Positions 13,391 to 27,345 of a DNA stretch of 64,000 nucleotides are shown here, piece by piece. The position numbers and the translations under genes are program-made. Every line of letters starts with the position of its first letter. Positions within the stretch are counted from its first letter, which is position 1. The stretch is taken from positions 95,604,001 to 95,668,000 of the forward strand of contig NC_043000.1 in NCBI RefSeq assembly GCF_006345805.1. The letters are read 5' to 3'. Below the pieces are notes generated by a model. It saw only the letters and a program-made list of their open reading frames with translations, ran no database searches and was not told where the DNA came from. Source of the stretch: Octopus sinensis (lineage: Eukaryota).

Positions 13391-13997
13391 TTTTTCAGAT
13401 ACTACTTTTTTACTTTTGTTGATATATGACATCATTGTTGTGTTATCAGTAAACTAATTAAAAAGATGTCCTTCTCTTGTAGGACTGGCAATTGCCATGA
13501 AAGAAAATTGTGAATTTAAAAGCATAAAGTATTCTTTCATTTTATGATTACAAAGGAAGACATCTATTGAGTTTAGTCATTACTATTCTGTCATCATTTT
13601 CTATCAGTTTCTAGATTTTAAAAAAAATTACTTATTTGCCATTGCATTAAAACAATTTAGGAATCATTCAAAATTTGGCAAAATGAAACAGGTATTGTTT
13701 AATTTTTTTGCTTTCTTTTTTATTTCTCTTTTTTTTTCTTTCACTCCATTCAATAAAAAATTATTATTTTTTTTTTTTTGGACATAAATGCATTGTATTA
13801 TCAGGTATCCTAGTTTACCATCTGAAATAGAACTTTTTATTTTTGTTTCAAGATGAAAAATAAGTAGTCCAATACAATTAAGGAGATACACAAAATTACT
13901 TGTAAGTTTTTCATATTTGAGTATTTTGATTTGAAAACCTATATAAAATTTGGAAACATAGAAAAAAATTAAAAAAGAAAAAAGAGTTTCAGTTTTA

Positions 13998-14207
13998 TTA
14001 ACTCTTTAGCATTTGAGCTGGCCATATCAGCCAAAGAATTCTAGCTGTTTTATGTTCAAACCAGCCAGATCTGGCATCTTGCATCAAACCCAATGTCATT
14101 CTAGAAATAAACAGCCATATCATCAAAATCTCAAAATTACAAGAGAATGCATGACTAATTTATAACAATATGAATTTGACAGAGTAATCTGAATGCTAAA
14201 GGGTTAA
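13998..14207. mobile_element. TTAA-flanked MITE (piggyBac-like termini)
   Basis: TTAACTCTTTAGCATT...AATGCTAAAGGGTTAA terminal inverted repeats; second copy at 17093-17654. Confidence 0.65.
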
Positions 14208-14405
14208 ATAAAGATTCATAATCTGAAATGTTTAAGACACAAATCTGGGAAAAAAATTTTCAAAAATAATCAAACTAGAAATATGGAGGAAGGGAATCAC
14301 AGGTTGGGGTTAAATCATAATCTATGTATAATAATAATCTATGTTTCAAACATATAAATTTAAAAAATTATAGTTTTTGGCTTACAAGATAATTTCAGAC
14401 TATTC

Positions 14406-15625
14406 TATCAGGTTCCATAAGTTCTGTCTGAATTTTGAATAAAGAAAACGAGTACTTTCCCTGATTATCTATGTCTTCCTTCCATCTATTTACAAGCTTT
14501 TTAATCCCATCAACGTAAAACTCTTTTGGTTTCAAAGCGAAGAACTCTGAAATGTCAGTTTCAACCTCCTTCTGGCTTGTGAAAGTTATGCCCCCCAAAT
14601 GATTCTGTAAACTACAAAACAAATGGTAGTCTGAAGGAGCAAAGTCAGGAGAATAAGGTGGATGAGGAATTTTTTCCCAACCAAGCTCTTCGATCATCTG
14701 TGATTTGATCTTTGTAGTGTGGGGTTGCGCATTGTCCTTATGAACCATCACTCCTTTTTGATTCACTAAAGCGGGGTTTTTTTCTTCAAAGCTTGGTTCA
14801 AACACTCTAATTGCTGACAGCAGACTTGTGCATTAGGTTGTAACAATTCAAAGTGAATTACTCTTTTTGAAATCCCACCAGATAGAGAGAAGACCTTTTT
14901 TCCCATGAAGTTCCCTTCTCAGTTGTGGTTGAGCTTTTTCCCTTTTACCAAGCCACTGTTTACAACGTTTAACATTTCAAAAGAAGATCCATTTTTCATC
15001 ACCAGTCACAAGTCTATCCAAAAATGGTGAAATGAGTTCATGAGAATGGAGAGAAGAGCAGATGTCAACTCGGGATTTGCGGTTGCTTTCGGACAACTCA
15101 TGAGGCACCCATTTTCCAAGTTTAGGAAACTTTCGAAGTTGTTGAAGATGACGATGAACAGTTGTATGGTTTGAACTAAGCTTTATTGCCAATTCTTCAA
15201 CTGATAATGCAGGATTTGCTTCAAGTAATACCTCAAGGAGCTTATCATCAAACTCAACTGGACATCCTGTTCGATTTTCATCTTCAAGGCTGAAATCTCC
15301 ACTTTTGAATTTTGCAAACCATCTTCTGCAAGTTCTTTCATTCAAACATTCTTTCCCATAAACTGAATGTATGTTTCGAGTTGCTTCAGCTGCAGAGTTT
15401 CCTTTTCTGTACCTCAAATGCTCTTTGGATACTTCTATGTAAGAAATGGTCTTAATCAAAGAAATTTTAATTCTATTATTCTGTAAAATAATATTTAATT
15501 AGTTTAAATGTACACAAATGCACAAAAATAATTTTTAATTCCATTAGACATTCTAAAATACTATTAAATTTTATTCAATTTTAAAAAAGTTAAAATCGGA
15601 CCGAACTTATGGGTTTAATCTGATA
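14406..15625 (-). mobile_element. Mariner (DD34D) transposon, near full length, frameshifted
   Basis: ORFs 14977-15459 (HTH, LVTGDEKW) and 14395-14805 (HKDNAQPH, YSPDFAPSDYHLF); TIR TATCAGG..CCATAAGTTC at both ends. Confidence 0.9.
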
Positions 15626-16429
15626 TAAGTCTGCCTGCATAAACGATATCATTATTTTAACTTTTAGTACAAATTTATAGAGAAAATATATACAGCTGAT
15701 TAAATCAGGTCCTATTCAAACCTGGTACTAATTTTATTGATCTGAAAGTGATGATGGCCACAGTCAACCCCAGTAGAATTTTATGAGTCATATTTTAAAA
15801 TACTTCTTTTGGTTCCTCAAAGCATAATGGCTATATATGAGCTTCCCATTTCTTTTCACAGTTCTATACATTTTTAGTAAACTCTGGAAGGTCTTTTGAG
15901 CTGTAAGGGTTTATAGTAAGGGACCAGACAAGGCAGTACTCTATAGTATGGTCTGCTTCTCCTCATTGACAAGTAATTGAGCTGGCCTTGTAGCTGCATC
16001 TGACCAAAGCAACTTTTGATCATTCTGTTTTCTTTCTCAGGCAGTTAAATATCCACTGAACCCAGAGTTCTTCTGAGTCAGAAGGGAGATCTTCAGCAGT
16101 GAGGGAATCCCATATCAATCAGAAGAGGGATATTCTCAAGCTTTCCTACCTAGAATTGGTGTCTGGTTTCTTCCCTAAATGTTAGAAGCTGGACATGACT
16201 GAAGAAGATTCTTCTTGACTTGAGTCATTAGGCTGAAGCTAGATGACTATGGAGGAGGTGATGTTCATCACTATTAGCCTTAGTCACCTTGACTTGACTG
16301 ACTGCTTCTCAACTGATATTAACAAGGGAACTGTTAGCGAGGAGGTGCAAGTCATGTGTTGGTGGGTTTCGTGCAACTAGTGATCAGGGATCAAGGTAGG
16401 ACTGTTTCGATCACAATCCCTGCCAAGTG

Positions 16430-16790
16430 AAATTTTGTATAACCTGCAAATTCTACCAAGCACTTTGAAGCTCATTTGAAATATAACAATGTCCAGAAGA
16501 TCAACAGATGGTAGATATCTCCCAGTCTGGAGCAAGCAGAGAAGCCAGTTCCAACCTAACTGACTATTATGTCTCTGAACATTGAAGGGCTGTCTTCAAC
16601 TAAAGAATAATTTGCTGCAAAATTATGCAGTGATTATTATTGTGATATTCTCTGCCCACAAGAAACCCACTGTGGACCAAAAAATCCATTTCTTATTATG
16701 GAAAATATGATTACCTTCATAGAAAGATCAAAAGAGAAATTTGGACATATCATTTTTGCAAAAAATGAGTATAAATGGAATCAGATGTAG
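16430..16790 (+). mobile_element. LINE apurinic-endonuclease N-terminal fragment
   Basis: Translates LTIMSLNIEGLSS...DILCPQETHCGP, the N-x-x-G-L and QET motifs of the APE domain. Confidence 0.55.
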
Positions 16791-17092
16791 TATGAAAGAG
16801 AGAAGACTGTGTTGTTACAGGCATGGGATGCTTATGGATGAGAACAGCTCAAGCGATGATTGCTTACACTGAAGTGATAGACCTATCACAGGATATTGAG
16901 CTTCATACAGGTAACGATAAAGGACTGAGATGATTGGAGACACACAGTGCTCGAGAAGACCTGTCTACTTATTCAAGCATGGTGAAACTGATGTTATATT
17001 TCTATTCAACACTCACTTTTCCATCACTCTTGCAACCTTTACCTACCTTACTGGATCCTCTTGTCGCCATGCTTTCTCTCCTACTCATCTAC

Positions 17093-17654
17093 TTGACCCT
17101 TTAATATTCTACCAGCCATATCAGGCTCAAATATTCTACCAGCTTTACATTCAAACTGACCAGATCAGGCTTCTTGCACTTACTCTACAATTTCATTCTA
17201 AAAATTACAATCGCATCATCAAAATCTCAAAGCCACAAGATAATGTGTGATGAATTCAAAACAATGTGAATAAATAAGCATTACATTTGACAGAAGGCGC
17301 GGGGCTTAGTGGTTAGGGCATTTGGCTCATGATTGTAAGGTCATGAGTTTGATTCCTGGTGACGCGTTGTGTCCTTGAGCAAGACATTTTATTTCACATT
17401 GCTCCTGTCCACTCAGCCAGCAAAAATGAGTTGTACCTGTATTTCAAAGGGCCAGCCTTGTCACACTCTGTGTCATGCTGAATCTCCCTGAGAACTACGT
17501 TAGGGGTACACGTGTCTGTGGAATGCTCAGCCACTTGCACGTTAATTTCACGAGCAAGCTGTTCCGTTAATCGTATCAGCTGGGACCCTCATTGTCATAA
17601 CCGACGGAGTGCTCCTATACATTTGACAGAGTAATCTGAATACTAAAAGGTTAA
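17093..17654. mobile_element. Second TTAA-type MITE copy interrupted by a SINE
   Basis: Homologous to 13998-14207 on both sides of the 17295-17617 insertion. Confidence 0.65.
17295..17617 (+). mobile_element. tRNA-headed SINE with 13-bp target-site duplication
   Basis: A-box-like TTAGTGGTTAGG and B-box-like GTTTGATTCC; TSD TACATTTGACAGA at 17282-17294 and 17618-17630; second copy at about 45200-45480. Confidence 0.85.
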
Positions 17655-18799
17655 ACATGCTACACTCTGGCTCCCCAGCACACTCATCTTCATCTCTATT
17701 TGTAACACCACTCCATCTACCCCCATGCACTCATATATATTGGAGGGTATCCCTAAATGTCTTCCTATTAAACCCCTACTACCCTTTTCACTCAAAAGCA
17801 CTCTCACTAACATTTGACACTACTCCTTCTCTTTCCCTTCAGTTGTTTCCTTCCCAAACACTGTCTCTGTTACACTCTCCACTAACGCCCTGTACCAATA
17901 ATAAACCTGTTTCTCCCATCATATTTTAACTTAGTCGTGGGCAAATTATGTCCTATGGAACTTTCTGAATGGTCCACCTAAATGAAGGATCTTGAATTTT
18001 TTTTTAGTAATGTGGCCTGCCTAATGATGACCTATATCTTATGCAGCCTGCTTCTTGAAAAAGGTTGCCCGTGACTGTTTTTTACTTTTTAACACTACCC
18101 CAAAAGTCAACATCCACTCTTATGAGATATGAGAGCTCTTAACCCTTGCAAATTACAAGACAGCCTTACTAGTGCTGGTACCACGGGAGAAAAAGTACCC
18201 AGGACACTTTGGAAGGTAGTTGGCATTAGGAAGAGCATCCTGCTATAAACACCATACCATGTCGAAATTGAGACAGTGGAGTTGGACAACTTCCACGAAT
18301 TTGTTGGATCCTATAAAACCATCAAACTAGCAATGAAGCAGGCAAAAAATTATGGTGATGGCAATGAGGATGATGGTAATGAACATAAAGTATGATAGAC
18401 ATAGGGTGGAGAAGCGTGAATATCATAATAAACTTTAATATCATAATAAACTTTAATAGAATGGAAGGTATGGGGAGAATTTGCTAGTTTAAGGCAGTTA
18501 AGAAGCTGTGTAAGTAGGTATAAAAAAATAGAAGAATATATCTTTTATCTTTTACTTGTTTCAGTCATTAGAGTACAGCCATGCTGGGGCATAGCCTCAA
18601 AGTATTATAGTCAACTTATCAACCTCAGTGCTTATTATCTTTTAGTAAAGCCTAGTACTTATTCCATCAGTATCTTTTGCTGAACTGCTAAGTTACAAGG
18701 AGATGAACACACCAACTCCAGTTGTCAAGTGGTGGTGAAGAACAAACACATATACAAAGACACACACATACACAGATACTTATATACAATGAGCTTCTC

Positions 18800-19045
18800 A
18801 ACCAATGAAATGACTGAGAAGCTCAGGATTCAAAGCAGAGACTGAAGGATTTTTAATTGCAGCACAAGATCAAAGCCTTCCTACCAGAAATTACCAAAAC
18901 ATGTAATGAAAAGAAATACAAATAACTGCAGGATATGTTGAGATAGAGAAGAAACAATAAATCACATTGTGTCTGGCTGCCCAGTCTTGGCTAAGAAGGA
19001 ATATATTCATAGACATGACAGAGTTGGGACCCATATACACTGGAA
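18800..19045 (+). mobile_element. R4/Dong-like non-LTR fragment (zinc knuckle region) inside a SINE
   Basis: ETEGFLIAAQDQSLPTRNYQK..CRIC..EETINHIVSGCPVLAKKEYIHRHDRVG..IHWK, the CCHC region of RLE-type LINEs. Confidence 0.75.
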
Positions 19046-19479
19046 GTAATTTCCATCTACCAAATCCATTCACAAGGCTTTGGTCAGCCTGCGGCAATAG
19101 TAAAAGACTCTTACCCAAGGTGTCACCCAGTGGGACTGAACCTGAAACCATGTGCTTGGGAAGCAAACTTCTTACCACACAGCCATGCCTGTGCCTATAT
19201 ATAAGATATTTATATAAAAATGAATATAAAATAGAAAAAAGGTTGTAACTGTAGGTGTGTAAAAAAAATCAAATTAGGGGAAAATTAATAATTCAAAAAT
19301 CTAAAATATTTTTAAACGATAACTCTCCAAATCTAATGTCTGGATGCAAAGAGATCATATATTAAGAAAACTTTCTGAAGTCATTCGTTTGGAGATATAT
19401 AATTAGTTACATAGTAAATAATCTGAAACATTTAAGAGCCCAACATCTATGACCTTTATTTAAACCATGCAAATCTTGA

Positions 19480-19810
19480 AGCAAAATGAGAAAGTTCTCA
19501 TTTATCCCACTCATTCATCTAAAAGACCATTGGTTCCTTATGTAGATGACAGTCTTTTAGTCTCATACAATATGAACCTGAATGACAGATTCAGAGAAGA
19601 GCTTGTAAAAATTATTTAGAGAAATAGGTCAATAAATTACAATTCAAACGAATCTTAGTACACTTAATTTCCTGGATATCACCTTCACTTTAGATATAAA
19701 TAAATGTTGCCCTTACCAAAAACCTAATGAAAGATTATTTTACATTAGTGCATCTCATTATTATAATGTGACAGTTTTTCATTTAATATAAACAACTCAA
19801 TCTAATATTG
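19480..19810 (+). mobile_element. Degenerate Penelope-like RT fragment
   Basis: YVDDSL...ITIQTNLSTLNFLDITF...PYQKPNERLFYI; same motif order as the fragment at 39185-39569. Confidence 0.6.
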
Positions 19811-20089
19811 CAAGTGCTGTAAAAATAGACATTTATTATAATTATCGTGACTATTACTATCATTAGCATGCTGGGCAAAATACTTAGTAGCATCTTGTCT
19901 GTCTTTATGAGTTCAAATTCCACTGAGGTCTACTTTGCCTTTCATCCTTTCAGGGTTGGTAAATTAAATACCAATGGAACATTGGGGTTGATGTAATCGA
20001 CTAGTCAACTTGTCCAAAATTTCAGGCCTTGTGACTTTAGTAGAAAGGATCATTATTATTATTATTCAATAGTCTTATTTTTATCACGT

Positions 20090-21672
20090 GCTTTCACTGC
20101 ACTACTGAGCACAGGTCTGGAATCAAAGGGTCTTAGAGTTAATTTAGCAAAAACCAAAGTCTTACTAAGTAGGAAAGCAGACAAATCACAAATCCCTTCA
20201 AGGAGATGGCCCTGCTCAATATGTAACAAAAGGCTTGAGCAGTAACTCTGTAAGATGTACCCATCGTAAACTATGGACACCTCAGAGGTGCAGCAATATC
20301 AGAGGAAGGTTAACAGGAAAAGAAGTTTGTGCGTGGCAGATGTACAGGTACAATAACTGTAAGAAATGTACTGAAAATAGACTCCATCAAATGCCAGTGG
20401 GGATAGCTAGAAGTAGTTGATAGCTTCTGTTATCTGGGTGGCCAAGTCAGCAGTGGAGATAGATGATCCAAGAGTATAGCTGATAGAATAAGAATAGGCT
20501 AGGCAAAGTTTAAAGAGCTGCTACCTTTGTTGGTAACAAAGGGCCTCTCCCTCAGAATGAAAGGCAGATTGTATGATGCTTGTGTGCAGCTAGCCATGTT
20601 ACATGGTAGTTAGTTAGTTAGTTAGTTAATTTGGCTCAAAAGCAAATAGCAAGGCCATGTAGGGGGACATGGAGTTAAGTACAGGGTGGTGTTCATGTAA
20701 AGAGTTCAGGCCACTTGAGGTCCAGGGAGGCTTTGAACAAAGCGGTTGTTGGCATCTTCACCATCTCGTCTGGCAGCTTGTTCCACGGATCCGCAACCCG
20801 GACGGAGAAAGCTCCTCTCCTTCGATTGAGATGAAATCGTCGCAGGTAGAGCTTTTCGGAATGACCCCGCAGCCGACGCTCTGGAGCAGGAGTGAAGAAC
20901 AGCTCTTTCGAGAGGTTACACTTTCCGCTTATGATGTTGTGGGCGAGAATGAGATCACTACGGCGGCGGCGACAATAGAGGACATGTAAAGGCTTGAAAG
21001 AAATGAAGCCAGTATGCCTCACTGGATGTGCAATGTCAGTGTGCATGTATGACAGAGGGTAAGTATCTTGGGCATAAGTGGCATCAGATGTGGTATGCAA
21101 GAGAGACAACTGTGCTGGTATGGTCATGTGATGCATATGTAAAGAAGTGTCAATCTCTAACTGTGGAGGGAACCTGTGGAAAAGGTTGACCCAAGAAGAC
21201 ATGGGATAAGGTGGTGAAGCATGATCTTTGGATGTTGGGCCTCGTGGAGACAATAACAAATGATTGAGACTTTCAGCGGTTTGCTGTGCTTGAAAAGACT
21301 CATCAGGCTAAGTAAAATCATAGTCATGAACAGTGTCAGTGACAGATAAAAGGTACCCATGTTGGTGGCACATAAAAGGCATCCATGACAGTGACACATA
21401 AAAGGCACCAATGACAGTGACACATAAATGGCACCTATGCTAGTGACATGTGGAAGTACCCATGCTGGTAACATGTAAAGGGCACCCATGCCGATGACAT
21501 GTAAAAGGCACCCACTACACTCTAAGAGAGGTTGACATTAGGAAGGGCATCCAGCCATAGAAACCAAGCCAATATCAGACTGGAGCCTGCTAGAGCTCTC
21601 CAGCTTACCACTTCCAGTCAAACCGTCTAACCCCTGCCAGCATGGAAAATGGACGTTAAATGATGATGATGA
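20090..21672 (+). mobile_element. 5'-truncated RTE LINE with (ATG)n tail, interrupted by a CR1-like insertion
   Basis: GLRVNLAKTKVL, VDSFCYLG, AMLHGS / EDM*RLERNEASM, WYGHVM, ending GGACGTTAAATGATGATGATGAT. Confidence 0.8.
20607..20970 (-). mobile_element. CR1/L2-like LINE 3' end with (AACT)n tail
   Basis: RLRGHSEKLYLRRFHLNRRRGAFSVRVADPWNKLP..FKASLD, the conserved CR1/L2 C-terminus. Confidence 0.8.
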
Positions 21673-22075
21673 TCTATATACGTGTCAGTGGGAGGATGAA
21701 AAACAGTAACGGTCAACACATTTGCTATGAGTTACATGTACTATTTAATAACAGTTTAACTTAGTTCTCTGTAGCAGCAAATGCTATGAACTGCTGTTGC
21801 TAAAGAAACCACATTGCAGCCTCCAGACATAGCAGTTACAACAACCTACCAACATCTTATCTGATTATGTGAGCCTAAGAGCAAAGATAAGACCTGATGT
21901 AACTTCCAGACCATTAGCATCTGCATCACATGACTTGAGTTGACCAATAGGGGCCTAACATCTAGAAACCATCTTAAATTTGTCTCATCCTGATGCTTGA
22001 TGAGTTAGATTCATTTTACAAGCCTACAAAACCTACAAAAAGTTGCATGGAGCTTAGCCAGCTATTATTAAATAA

Positions 22076-22211
<136 letters not shown>

Positions 22212-22502
22212 ACGTGATCACATGACCGACCAGACCATCAGATGTTGCTACACATCGCTGGTCACAATGTGTTCGCACTGTTTTAGCCTTCGAATGACGC
22301 CACCCCGCCGGCTAAGCGAGCAGGCCAACAGAAGAAAGAGTGGTGAAAGAGTACAGCAGGGATCACCACCCCCTGCCGGACCCTCGTGGAGCTTTTTAGG
22401 TGTTTTTGCTCAATAAACACACACAACGCCCAGTCTGGGAATCGAAACTGTGATCCTACAACCGCGAATCCGCTGCCCTAACCACTGGGCCATTGCACCT
22501 CC
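22212..22502 (-). mobile_element. tRNA-headed SINE (family also at 35315-35460 and 43720-43950)
   Basis: Minus-strand head with CCAGTGGTTAGGGCAGCGG..GTTTCGATTCC A/B boxes. Confidence 0.75.
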
Positions 22503-23035
22503 ATATCTATCTATCTATATATATATCAATAAATGTGTGTGTGTGTGTGCATGTGCATGTGTGTAGTCAACAGATGAGATCCAGAGATTCTCAGTAGAAA
22601 AGATACTTAGTAGTGCTCAAAAGATTCAAACTTATACTTTGATGTCTTTAGAGATCAATTCTGTGGGATAAAGAATAGCTATAAAAGGGATCAAGTTGAG
22701 CAGGTATAGAGGCAATTATGTGGATAAACAGTTTGGGTATGAAATACAAAATATGTGTATATGTATACATGCAAAACAAGAGGAAGCAAAAAATAAAAGA
22801 CTTTCAGACGATGAACATTTTATCCCACAGAATTGATCTCTAAAGACATCAAAGTATAAGTTTGAATCTTTTGAGCACTATAGATTTTCATATTAATAGA
22901 TCCACCTTTCTCAGAGTACAAATGACAGAGAAAATTAAAGAGAAGGAAGAAAGGTGTTATAAGTCCAACAGCTGTTTCTGGGGCTCAGAGGCCCATCATA
23001 ATTTTGGTAGATGTAGTTCATCACAATATGCAGCT

Positions 23036-23390
23036 ATCATCATCATCATCATCATCATCGTTTAACGTCCGTTTTCCGTGCTAGCACGGGTTGGACGGTT
23101 CGACCGGGGTCTGGGAAGCCAGGGGCTGCACCAGGCTCCAGTCAGATCTGGCAGTGTTTCTACAGCTGGATGCCCTTCCTAATGCCAACCACTCCGCGAG
23201 TGTAGTGGGTGCTTTTTACGTGCCACCTGCACAGGTGCCAGGGGCGGTCTGGCATCGGCCACGATCGGTTGGTGCTTTTAACGTGCCACCGGCACGGAAG
23301 CCAGCCAAGGCGGCACTGGCATCGGCCACATTCGGATGATGCTTTTTATGTGCCACCGGCACAGGTATCACAACTACTATTTCCATTGAT
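23036..23390 (-). mobile_element. RTE-tailed SINE (copies also at 25040-25296, 28200-28505, 28915-29157, 49236-49379)
   Basis: (CAT)n-CGTTTAACGTCCG tail shared with the 3' end of the RTE LINE at about 21560-21672. Confidence 0.8.
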
Positions 23391-24659
23391 GGAAGCAATC
23401 AACATTGGATAAATGAAGTCTCCATCATCAGGTTAGAGAAGCTCTTACATTTCAGATCATAATGCAGAGAAGTTTAAAGGTGGAACTTCTCTAAATATAT
23501 AAATTAATTTCAACATTTTTAATGATGACTTTTTACCGTCAACAAGATGGCTATGTCTTCTTATGAAAATCTTGGCACTGTAGTCAATACCACAACTTCA
23601 TACACATGCATCATTTGTTAGTTTGTTCTTTACAAAAGTGTGTAAAAGGTAGATTGATAGGTAATGTCGCCACCATAGTAACTAATAAGTTTTTATTGCA
23701 AGTCTATCAACACAACGTAATGACAAAGACCTGTCCTTCTAGTGAAAGTTTTTTTTCTTTTTGAAGTATGTTACATTGCCTGAATGTTGTTTTGAAATTT
23801 GTGATTTTAAAAATGGCAGGGAAATCCCAATTAACACAGAGAAATTCCAACTTATATTGGAAAGCCATTCTGAAAGTCTACTTTTCCTGTTTCCAGTAGG
23901 CGGTGGGGCACAATGAGTAATATTTACTGCATTTTTGACTCAAGAAAAAGTGTATTTTTTACAGATGTTCAGTGCCTTACAAAAATTATATCAGCTAAGC
24001 AAATGGCCTTCTCTAAATTCATTATAATATATTTAGAATATTATTTCAGAAAATTATCTCCATTCTCTTTGAACATACAAATAAGACAAGTTTTGCCTCT
24101 TCAATTTTCCAGAATGACATTTGAAAAAAGACTCATACACATCAATATCCATCCTAAGACATCAGAAAGATCAGAAATAAATTTTATTTTGATATTTAAA
24201 TCAACTGAAAGAGGATCTGGGAAACAGGATCTGGCACATAATATTAAATTAACAAAACTGAACTAGATTTAAAAACTCGATGCAAAATATTGTCACGATC
24301 TGCATGAGTGGCTCTCTTCATGATACATTACACCAAGCAGTTAAAGAAAAGAAATTATTGAAATTAGTCATTGGTCATTTTGCCCCAATTTACATACCAC
24401 TTTTTTTTTGGAAAACTGAAAATTATCAAATTAGACATTAGTGTGAGAAAAAAATTCATGCGGAATCCAACAAAAAAAAGAATTTTCATTGTTAAACATA
24501 AAAAATATTTTATCAGAGCCTCAATTATAATCAAATCAAAATTGAGCAAACATTTCTTGGAAAAAAAAGAACCTGTCACTTCATGTTTCAAAGACTCTCA
24601 ACTTTAACAACTGTGCTGACCTTTTTTTTTACTCCCAAAAATGATGCAACAATACATAC

Positions 24660-24933
24660 TAGTTAGTTAGTTAGTTAGTTAATTTGGCTCAAAAGCAAAT
24701 AGCAAGGCCATGTAGGGGGACATGGAGTTAAGTACAGGGTGGTGTTCATGTAAAGAGTTCAGGCCACTTGAGGTCCAGGGAGGCTTTGAACAAAGCGGTC
24801 GTCGGCATCTTCACCATCTCGTCTGGCAGCTTGTTCCACGGATCTGCAACTCGGACGGAGAAAGCTCCTCTCCTTCGATTGAGATGAAATCGTCGCAGGT
24901 AGAGCTTTTCGGAATGACCCCGCAGCCGACGCT
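24660..24933 (-). mobile_element. Second CR1/L2-like 3' fragment
   Basis: Nearly identical to 20607-20880 (4 substitutions seen in about 275 bp). Confidence 0.85.
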
Positions 24934-25762
24934 CATATGATCCAATACTTACACTGGTTTCAATGATTTTAAACATGTAATGGCTTCAAACATACAGGGA
25001 GAAAATAATGAGAAATCAGACCTTTGGCATTATGTTGTGCTTGAGAAGACCCACCAAGCCAAGTAAAATTGCAGTAACTGCAGATGCCAGTGTCATGCAA
25101 ATGGCACCCATGCCAGTAGCATGTAAAAGCACACATTACACTCTTGGAGTGGTTGGCATTAGTAAGGGCATCAAGCCATAGAAACCATGCCAAATCAGAC
25201 TGGAGTCTGGTGCAGCCTTCCAGTTTGCCAGCCCTGGTCAAACCGTCCAACCCATGCCAGCATGGACAACAGACGCTAAATAACGATGATGATGATATAT
25301 ATATATATATATAAATTTCTAGGATTCAAGTGAATCAGGAACTTAAATGGTAAAGCACCAAGGTCAGGTTGATGATATCACTATTGTGACTGTACAAACA
25401 ATATTTGAGGACAAATATGTAATTCCTAAAGTAAACATGGATTTATACTCTGGTTGTGCACACAATCACAAAAGGTCGACTGAATATACAATGAGTCATC
25501 AAGGCTGCACATGGGTACAAACAGTGCACCCATTTCACTGCACTCTGTAGACTCTTGATCCAACTGAATTGCAAGTTCCGAGTTAGGTGAACCACAATCC
25601 ATCTATTGTTATATGTGTATATATGTATGTATATAAATATATATATATATGTATACATACATACATATATATATATTTAGAAAGAGACTGACAGACAGAT
25701 ACAAACAGACAGACAGACAGGCAGGTAGGCAGACAGACATGCAGGCAGGCAGGCAGGCAGGC

Positions 25763-25805
<43 letters not shown>

Positions 25806-25810
25806 TAGAT

Positions 25811-25843
<33 letters not shown>

Positions 25844-25879
25844 TACACATATATAGGGTGCAAAATGTGTGGATAATGG

Positions 25880-27313
25880 TATGCTTACACTTAGTGACTC
25901 AGAGAAGAAAGATGCATGGAAGTGCCGTTAAGAAAAGTTATAAAATGTGAAAAATGCATGGGAGAAAGAGAGTCTTTCAAATATTGAACCAACTGAGGAA
26001 CCAGCATCAGAGTTGACAACAATATAATAAATAAGACAATTAAGGATATGAAGACAGGGAAAGCCTCTGCCCCATCAGGTATCACTGGTAGTGTAAGATA
26101 CAGCCTAGTCACTCGTTTAGTTAATCAGGTTATTCAGAAAGGTGTCATTATAGTTAGCTGCTGTTACAAAGGTAAATGTGATGCCTTAGATAGAAACAAC
26201 TACAGAGGTTTCAAACTGCTAGACCAGGTCATGAAATATACAGAAAGAGTTATAGCTCAATTGATTAGGAATAAAATTAAACTAAATGAGATGCAGTTTG
26301 GTTTTGTACCTGGAAGAGTACCACAGATGCCATCTTCCTAGTGAGACAGCTGCAGGAAAAGTACTTGGTTAAAAGTAAGCCATTCTCCTTAGCTTTTGTT
26401 GACCTGGCAGTCTCTAAGAATGTTAAGAGTAGATGAATGGCTTGTTACAGCTGTACAAGCCATGTATAGTGGGGCTGTCAGTAGAATGAGAATCAGCTGT
26501 GAATACAGTGATGAATTTAGCTTACAAGTAGGGGCTCACCAGAGCTCAATTCTCAATCCACTATTATTCATTACAGTCCTCCAGGCCATAACAGAGGAAT
26601 TCAAAACTGGATGTCCATGGGAACTTCTATATGCAGATGACCTCACTCCTATTACAGAATCTGTAGCGGAAATGGAGAAGAAATTCCTGGTATGGAAGCA
26701 AAACCAGGAATCAAAGGACCTTAAAGTTAACCTAACAAAGACCAAAGTTGTTATTAGCAAGGAAGCAGATAAAACTCTCTTTCTGTTGGATAAATGGTGC
26801 TGCTCAATATGTAGGAAAGGAGTTGGAAGTATTTCCATTCACTGCACCCAATGTAAAGCTATGGACACATAAAAGGTGCAATGGAATCACAGGTAGATTA
26901 ACAGATAAAGTTGTCTTCATATGTGACAGATGTCCAAGAAGAATAAACACTAAGGACACATGGGAGTTAGACTCTCTCAGATGCTCAGGATGCTCTCTTG
27001 AGGTTGTAAATAGTTTCTGTTACCTAGGTGACCAAATTATCAATGATGGAGGAATTTCTGAAAGTATTGTTTCTAGAATAAGAATAGGAGGGAGGAAGAT
27101 CAGAGAGCCATTACATCTGTTGGCAACAAAAGGACTCTCTCTCTCTCTCAGAGTGAAAGGTAGATTGTTTGATGCTTGTGCACAAACGGCTATACTCTGT
27201 GGCAGTGAGACATGGCCTCTGAATCCAGAGCCTGCCTGCCTGCCTGCCTGTCTGTCTGTCTGTCTGCCTGCCTGCCTGTCTGTTTCTCTTCTTGTCTGTC
27301 TGTCTGTCTGTCA

Positions 27314-27345
<32 letters not shown>

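Noticed and set aside
17295-17370. tRNA-like sequences here and at 22430, 35315, 45200 and 54670
   Set aside because: These are SINE heads with A/B boxes followed by SINE bodies, with no complete cloverleaf.
23913-24607. AT-rich ORFs, possibly a transposase relic
   Set aside because: No motif could be identified with confidence.
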